From Octopus sinensis (lineage: Eukaryota): 55,448 bases of DNA. The notes beneath the pieces are model-generated. The model was not told the DNA's origin and did no database searches. It saw nothing but the letters and a program-made list of their open reading frames with translations. Shown piece by piece: positions 48,361 through 55,448 of the stretch (position 1 is the stretch's first letter; the number at the start of each line of letters is the position of its first letter). Position numbers and translations under genes: made by a program. The stretch covers positions 1-55,448 of the forward strand of contig NW_021833686.1 of NCBI RefSeq assembly GCF_006345805.1. The letters are read 5' to 3'.

Positions 48361-49093
48361 ATTCTCCAAATATTTTAAATAGGTTTACTAGATACCGTAA
48401 ATCCTCGAGTATAATCCGCATTTTTTTCGCAAAATTTAAAGGTCAAAATCCCTAGAGCGTACTATATACGAGGTTAAAAATGAAAAATATTTTCTAAGCA
48501 ATGTCCGAGTCTCTATTTGCTGTCCGGCAATGTTTATTCAGACGCATTTTGTGATGTCGGTGGCGAAAATACCTTAAGCTAAGCCTGAAAGCAATGAAGT
48601 CATAAAAGAATCATCCATAACTTGCAGTAAGCAACATTGCTATTTCTTATTTCTTCATTGCCCACAAGGGGCTAAAGACAGAGGGGACAAAGAAGGACAG
48701 ACAAAGGAATTAATTTGATTACATCGACCCCAGTGTGTAACTGGTACTTAATTTATCGACCCTGAAATGATGACAGGCAAAGTCGACCTCGGCGGAATTT
48801 GAACTGAGAACGTAGCGGTAGACGAAATACTTATTTCTTTACTGCCCACAAGGGGCTAAACATAGATGGGACAAACAAGGACAGACAAACGGATTAAGTC
48901 GATTACATCGACCCCATTCCGTAACTGGTACTTATTTAATCGACCCCGAAAGGATGAAAGGCAAAGTCGACCTCGGCGGAATTTGAACTCAGAATGTAAC
49001 GGCAGACGAAATACGGCTTCGCATTTCGCCCGGCGTGCTAAGGTTTCTGCCAGCTCGCCACCTTCATCATACTATTTTCCTCATCATTTATAA

Positions 49094-49127
<34 letters not shown>

Positions 49128-49215
49128 CACACACACACACAAACACACAGACACACACACAGACACACACACAAAGAGCAAAATAGAGAGAGAGAGCGCA
49201 AAAAAGAGGACTCAC

Positions 49216-49345
49216 CAAACATCATAAGGAACATTCCTCCAACAATTGGGTCTGGCATTGTGACCAATAAAATGCCAAACTTTCCAAAACATCCCAAAAC
49301 CATCATTATGATTCCGCTCGTGAGGATGACAATTCGGCTGGCGAT
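49216..49345 (-). CDS. SLC23: SLC23 exon, IASRIVILTSGIIMMVLGCFGKFGILLVTMPDPIVGGMFLMMFG
   Basis: ttacAG/GTGAGT boundaries, 130 nt. GKF and PDP..GG motifs. Confidence 0.95.
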
Positions 49346-49396
49346 CTGTAAGAAGACAGGGTATAATAGACCGGATGTGTGTGTGTGTGTGTGTTT

Positions 49397-49660
49397 CCAA
49401 AACCTCAGTTCAAGAGAAAATATTTAATATAGGCTCAGGAGTGGTTGTGTGGTAAGTAGCTTGCTAATCAACCACATGGTTCCGGGGTTCAAAACCTCAG
49501 TTCAAGAGAAAATATTTAATATAGGCTCAGGAGTGGTTGTGTGGTAAGTAGCTTGTTTACCAACCACATGGTTCCGGGTTCAAAACCTCAGTTCAAGAGA
49601 AAATATTTAATATAGGCTCAGGAGTGGCTGTGTGGTAAGTAGCTTGTTTACCAGCCACCT
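49397..49660. repeat. 3 x about 91-bp tandem repeat of a SINE head plus flank
   Basis: AAAACCTCAGTTCAAGAGAAAATATTTAATATAGGCTCAGGAGTGG occurs three times. Confidence 0.85.
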
Positions 49661-49876
49661 GGTTTCGGGTTCAGTCCCACTGCGTGGCCCCTCGGGCAAG
49701 TGTCTCCTGCTATAGCCTCGTGCCGACCAAAGCCTTGTGAGTGGATTTGGTCGACGGAAACTGAAAGAAGCCCGTTGTATATATGTATATATATATAATC
49801 ATATATAGTGGTTGATACCATAGCGGATCTATTTTTAGCGCAAGAGTCGACCATATAGTGGTCACTCTCTTATATT

Positions 49877-49957
<81 letters not shown>

Positions 49958-50226
49958 GTGTGTGTGTGTGTGTGTTTGTGTGTCTGTGTTTGTCTCCCCA
50001 ACATCGCTTGACAACCGATGCTGGTGTGTTTATGTCCCCGTCACATAGCGGTTCGGCAAAAGAAACCGATAGAATAAGTACTGGGCTTACAAAAGAATAA
50101 GTCCCGGCGGGGTCGAGTTGCTCGATTAAAGGCGGTGCTCCAGCATGGCCGCAGTCAAATGACTGAAACAATTAAAAGAGTAAAAGAGAGTAAAAGAATG
50201 TGTCAGAGAATTGATCCCGTACAAAC

Positions 50227-50330
50227 CTTTGTGATGCCAATTGTCCCAATATTTTCACTGTAAGATGTGACGCCGCTGCTCCCTCCGATGGCACCGGCCA
50301 ACAGACAGCCGATCCCTTCTACACCAATTC
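50227..50330 (-). CDS. SLC23: SLC23 exon with NAT signature, IGVEGIGCLLAGAIGGSSGVTSYSENIGTIGITK
   Basis: NAT motif ENIGxxxxTK. 104 nt, phases consistent. Confidence 0.96.
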
Positions 50331-50786
50331 CTTTGAATAAATACAATATCATAAATAACAGAAAGTGTGCAGAGAGAGTAATAATAACAAAGCAAATAAA
50401 GGATTTATCGATGTGGCAGATACCAGCGTCGCCTGACTGGCTTCTGTGCCAGTGGTATGTAAAAAGCACGAACCGATTGTGGCCGTTTGCCAGCCTGCTC
50501 TGGCTCCTGTGCCGGTGACATGTAAAAAGCACCGTCCGAACGTGGGCTTCTGTGCCAGTGGCATGTAAAAAAACCCAACCGATCGTGGCCGTTTGCCAGC
50601 CTGCTCTGGCTCCTGTGCCGGTGGCATGTAAAAAACATCCACTACACTCACTGAGTGGTTGTCATTAGGAAGGGCATCCAGCTGTAGAAACACTGCCAGA
50701 TCAGACTAGAGCCTGGTGCAGCCTTCTGGCTTCCCAGACCCCGGTCGAACCGTCCAACCCATGCTAGCATGGAGAACGGACGTTAA

Positions 50787-50824
<38 letters not shown>

Positions 50825-51697
50825 CACGGCTTTCTTTCGTTTTGATTCTTGGCTCTCCAAGACCAAATCCCTCTCAGGTCAACGTTTGTCCTTCATTTTT
50901 CAGGGTCGATAAAAAATCCCAATGCATGACACTGAATTGGTGGGACTATATATGAACGTAGAATCGGGTACCTTGTAGTGTTTGTTTGTCCCGGTTCTTT
51001 ATGAACTGAGTTCAAATCCCACAACATCCTACTTTGATGGTAGAGTCGATCCGGCTTGAGATTTAGCACCACAGTCTGGGGCCTTGGGTCCCTTTAGAGG
51101 AGCCTACATTTTTATAACTATTCAGGTCGGGTGTTCGGTTTGGTTTGAGGAAGCCATCCCCTTCAATCTCCCCCTCCCTTCCCTTTCACAACTCCCACCC
51201 TTCCTTTCTTCCTTCCTTCCTTCCTTCCTTCCTTCCTATCTTCCTCCCTTCCTTCCTTCCTTCCTTCCTTCCTTCCTTCCTTCCTTCCTTCCTTCCTTCC
51301 TTCCTTCCTTCCTTCCTTCCTTCCTTCCTCCCTCCCTTCCTTCCGCCGTTATCCGTGCACCTCATGAATTATTATCAGCTTGGCAGGCATCAGCACACAC
51401 CAGGATTTCTATAAACAAAAGGGCGTAGTTCTATACGACCAGGTACCACTGTCTAAGGAAATGCGTAAGGTTGGTTGTATAATGAATACATACTATCTAA
51501 TGGAAGATGTTCTCCGAATACGTAAAACAACAGCGATCAGCACATTTACGTCCGAACCTACCAGAATGTACAGTGAATGGATACGTTATTGTTTGGGGGT
51601 GTTGCTGTTGTCTTTGTACCTCATAAATTATCATCAGTTTGGCAGACATCACACATCAGGATTTCTATAAAGAAGAGCTCGTACTTTTATATGGTGA

Positions 51698-52035
51698 AGG
51701 CGCATGGCTCAGTGGTTAGAGTGTCAAGCTTACGATCGAGAGGTTGTGAGTTCAAATCCCGGACCGGGCTGCGTGTTTTGTTCTTGAGCAAGACACTTTA
51801 TTTCACATTGCTTCCAGTTCACTCAGCTGTAGAAATGGGTTGTGATGTCACTGGTGCCAAGCTGTATCGGCCCCTTTTGCTTTTCCATTGGATAACACTG
51901 GTAGCGTCGAGAGGGGAGGCTGGTATGCATGGGCGACTGCTGGTCTCCCATAAACAAACTTGCCTGGACTTGTGCCTCGGAGGGTAACTTTCTACGTGCT
52001 ATCCCGTGGTCAGTCATGACCGAAGGGGGTCTCAG
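51698..52035 (+). mobile_element. Full-length CORE-type tRNA SINE; its tail also occurs at 2671-2785 (-)
   Basis: A/B boxes, CTTGAGCAAGACACTT...CACTCAGCTGTAGAAATGGG core, tail GTCAGTCATGACCGAAGGGGGTCTC. Confidence 0.8.
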
Positions 52036-52518
52036 CTGAACTTTTATATGAGTCATCGGTACGACGTGGTAGCATTGACTGAGGACACGCATAATAAGGT
52101 CAACTGTATTATGAACACAAGCCGTCTAACGAGAGGAGATGTTCTCTGAAGACGTAAAACAACAACCATCAGCATATTCACTTCCGAACCTGCCATAACG
52201 TACAGCAAATGACTAGGTACGTAATTGCTACATAAATATTGTCACAAGTTTATAATTGTCCGTGTGTCTCTACGATGGCTGTGGTGATGTCTGAGTTGTG
52301 TTTCTTTGTGTCTGATCTTTCAATTTACTTAACAAACGGGTATCAATAAAATAAGGGTCAGTTTGAAATGGGTACTGGAATTAGTGATAAAAGATTGAAA
52401 AATCTTACCCAACACTTCTAGGTGGTGCTCCAGCATGGCCACAGCTCAATGGCCGAAGCAAGTAAAAGAACAAAAGAGTAATAAGAAATATGAGAAAAAT
52501 GAAATGTTTGATATTTAC

Positions 52519-52668
52519 CCCTGTTGATGGCGTGGGCTGGAGGTGGCGGGGCTCCAGATATGCGTGCGCATGCGTAGTAATCTCCAATGGATTCAATCAT
52601 TGACACCAAAACGCCAGACATCATACCAAGAACTCCTCCAAGACTCACCGTTGGTACCCCCCACTGAC
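52519..52668 (-). CDS. SLC23: SLC23/NAT transporter exon, [50 protein letters not shown]
   Basis: [22 protein letters not shown] is the SLC23 hallmark. AG/GT boundaries, 150 nt. Confidence 0.96.
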
Positions 52669-52684
52669 CTGAAATGGAATTTTC

Positions 52685-52715
<31 letters not shown>

Positions 52716-52813
52716 ATACATATATATAGCGGTGCATGTAGCCTTTTGTCTTATATATGAATATAATATATATATATATATATATATAGCGACGCACGTA
52801 CCCTTTTGTCTTA

Positions 52814-52869
<56 letters not shown>

Positions 52870-52872
<3 letters not shown>

Positions 52873-53150
52873 TCATCATCATCATCATCATCATCGTTTA
52901 ACGTCCGCTTTCCATGCTAGCATGGGTTGGACGGTTCAACTGGGGTCTGGCAAGCCCGAAGGCTGCACCAGGCCAGTCAGATCTGGCAGTGTTTCTACAG
53001 CTGGATGCCCTTCCTAACGCCAACCACTCCGAGAGTGTAGTGGGTGATTTTATGTGCCACCGACACAGGTGCCAGACGAGCTGGCAGACGGCCACGCTCG
53101 GATGGTGTTTTTTATGTGCCACCGGCACAGGTGCCAGACGAGGCTGGCTG

Positions 53151-53155
<5 letters not shown>
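52870..53155 (-). mobile_element. Example of a (CAT)n-tailed retroposon family, about 12 copies (e.g. 650-830, 5660-5880, 6290-6440, 27085-27600, 29730-30180, 34005-34330, 40760-40930, 50405-50820)
   Basis: Shared (CAT)n-CGTTTAACGTCCGCTTTCCATGCTAGCATGGG...CTGGATGCCCTTCCTAACGCCAACCAC. Confidence 0.85.
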
Positions 53156-53199
<44 letters not shown>

Positions 53200-53351
53200 G
53201 GTTCAGCAAAGATTTGCTTTATCACATACCGAAGTTTAGAAATAGCAGCCAAAAAACCTTACCTATTTCTTCTACTTTAAAAAGTGACTCCCAGAAAAAC
53301 CCAAATACTTGAATTAATTATTTTACCCATTGTTATTATATATATTATATA

Positions 53352-53393
<42 letters not shown>

Positions 53394-54610
53394 ATATATA
53401 TATATATATATATTATATATTATAATATATATATATATATATATGCTAGCTTCTGCACGCATTTTATTCTCTCCTTGTTTCTCTCCGTGTTTCTTTTTTG
53501 TGTATCTTTCTGTCGAAGAGCGTAGGCTCGAAACGTAAAAGACTTGTTTTATTTATATTCCTGAGCGCCATACTAATACAATTGTTTGTTTGTATTCCAC
53601 CTGCCTTCGTCTTTTGTTTATTTTCATAAAGCTTCCCGTTATATATTATGAATTAATAACTAAAATAATCTAATTATTTTTACTCCTGATCGGAATAGCA
53701 TTTACTGTTTGGCTATTCTTATAATATACACTTGGCTGCCGTGAGGGGATTTAAAATTGACGTATCTTGGATCTATGCGTGCAAATATTTGTATGTAGAC
53801 ATGTTAATCTGCTTTGGACGGTATGTACAATTATTTGTATTTATATTTCCTGTGTATTGTGTTGACGAAGGAAAAAAGCTTGCTTATGGTTTTAATCCAG
53901 AAATTGGAACCATTTCACAATTAACGTGAGATCTTTTTAATATTCTTTCACTAGCCCGCTTTCAGCCAAATGTATGTTTATCTGGAGTTTTTGGTAGATT
54001 TTTTTTTAAAGATATCGGCGCTTCAAGCAAAAAAGAAAAGGAAAGAAAAAAGGAAAAAAGAAGAAGAATATTTAATCGTTAGTTAGTTAGGAGCACTCCG
54101 TCGGTTACGACGATGAGGGTCCCAGCTGATACGATCAACGGAACAGCTTGTTCGTGAAATTAACGTGCAAGTGGGTGAGTACTCCATAGACACGTGTACC
54201 CTTAACGTAGTTCTCGAGGAGATTCAGCGTGACACAGAGTGTAACAAGGCTGGCCCTTTGAAATACAGGTACAACAGAAACAGGAAGAAAGAGTGAGAGA
54301 AAGTTGTGGTTAAAGAGTACAGCAGGGTTCACCACCACCCCGTGCAGGAGCCTCGTGAAGCTTTAGGTGTTTTCGCTCAATAAACACTCACAATGCCCGG
54401 TCTGGGAATCGAAACCGCGAGTCCGCTGCCCTAACCACTGGGCCATTGCGCCTCCACATTTAATCGTACACCACCGTACATATCTCTATGAGATATTTAG
54501 AAATTTAATATTTCTGATTTTGGTGATCAGTGAATATACTTCACTGAAAATTAGATATATATATTTACGAAGTCGAGACAGATATCTGCAGCTAGAAGGC
54601 TTCTGCTACT

Positions 54611-54655
54611 CTAGACCGATGATGGGCAAAGACCCTGAAACATGCGTGTCTCTAG
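54611..54655 (+). ncRNA. Variant hammerhead (CCGAUGA core) upstream of the GIY-YIG ORF
   Basis: CUAGA-CCGAUGA-UGGG..CCCU-GAAAC-AUGCGU-GUC-UCUAG. Has U4>C and a U-U mismatch at the base of stem II. Confidence 0.6.
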
Positions 54656-54935
54656 ATGCAGGCCTAGCTGTTGGGGGTGTTTGTCTCCCCTTCGTAAATA
54701 TATAAGGACACAGAAAATGTGTCGGAGCCGACAGGAAGCGTTCGATGCTTCCTAGGGCTAAACAGCGGTGATGTAATCCCCTACTGTCACGGTAAATTGA
54801 CAGTATACAACTATTATATCGCTCCACCACCGTACATATCTCTATGAGATATTTAGAAATTTAATATTTCTAATATTTAATCAGTTTTGAGTAAATTCGA
54901 TGAAATTCTGTCATTTTATTCATTCTTCGTGAGCG

Positions 54936-55355
54936 ATGTTAATAATGTTCTATTATGATTCCATCAGGAATCATAATAGAAATATGATTTATATAGAAGG
55001 TGGGACATGTGGAGATTCTCATTTGGTGTACGTGGCAGAATGCACGAAACACCACTTGATTTATGTTGGTTGTACAACAGAACAATTAAACAAAAGATTT
55101 AATAGGCATAGCTATGACGTCAGGAAAAATAACAGTAGTTCAGCAGAACTCACCGAACATTTTGCTTCAAACCGTAGCGGTTTTGAAAAATACTTGAACG
55201 TGCATATTCTTAGAAAATATTCTGAATCTATTACACTTTCAGTACTCAAAATGCATGAGGAGAAATATGTTTGCAGGTTATTAGCATCATGCCCTCGAGG
55301 AATGAATAAAATGACTAGAGAATTTCATCAAATTTACATAAAACTGTTTGATTAA
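54936..55355 (+). CDS. GIY-YIG endonuclease domain ORF of Penelope-like type (no RT in window)
   Basis: TC....LVY..EC.KH.LIYVG.T...L..RF..H and C-terminal P.GMN match the PLE GIY-YIG pattern. Open 139-aa frame. Confidence 0.8.
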   Translation: MLIMFYYDSIRNHNRNMIYIEGGTCGDSHLVYVAECTKHHLIYVGCTTEQLNKRFNRHSYDVRKNNSSSAELTEHFASNRSGFEKYLNVHILRKYSESITLSVLKMHEEKYVCRLLASCPRGMNKMTREFHQIYIKLFD

Positions 55356-55448
55356 ATATTCTTATTTTTCCTTTTCTTTTTCTTTCCTTTTCTTTTTTAT
55401 TTCCTTTTCTTTTTCTTTCCTTTTCTTTTTTTTCTTCTTTTTGCCAGT

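Noticed and set aside
52669-55448. Further upstream SLC23 exon (expected ...W..PYP)
   Set aside because: I could not find a convincing candidate by eye. The 5' part of the gene probably lies beyond the window.

Overview
AT-rich, repeat-dense eukaryotic DNA. The SINE, MITE and microsatellite content strongly resembles an octopus/coleoid cephalopod genome (inferred from family resemblance, not a database match). Three spliced genes can be reconstructed. (1) A complete 9-coding-exon S-formylglutathione hydrolase / esterase D gene on + (ESD-A, ATG 25235 to TAA 37261, about 281 aa). Its assembled sequence has two 1-nt A-run deletions. (2) A second, head-to-head inverted ESD copy on - (ESD-B, ATG 8982, coding exons 1-5 in window, running off the left edge). 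Its exons 1-2 are identical to ESD-A, but the conserved DFGxGAGFY motif is rewritten to DLQKDVASY. (3) The 3' six exons of an SLC23/NAT nucleobase-ascorbate transporter on - (52668 to stop at 40399), convergent with ESD-A. Several intronic palindromes carry Penelope-type minimal hammerhead ribozyme cores. A GIY-YIG endonuclease ORF preceded by a variant hammerhead lies at the right edge. The rest is tRNA-derived SINEs (often in tandem arrays), CR1/RTE/R4-like LINE fragments, hAT, piggyBac and Helentron-like non-autonomous elements, a mariner relic, minisatellites and microsatellites. Exon coordinates were counted by hand; repeat boundaries are approximate.
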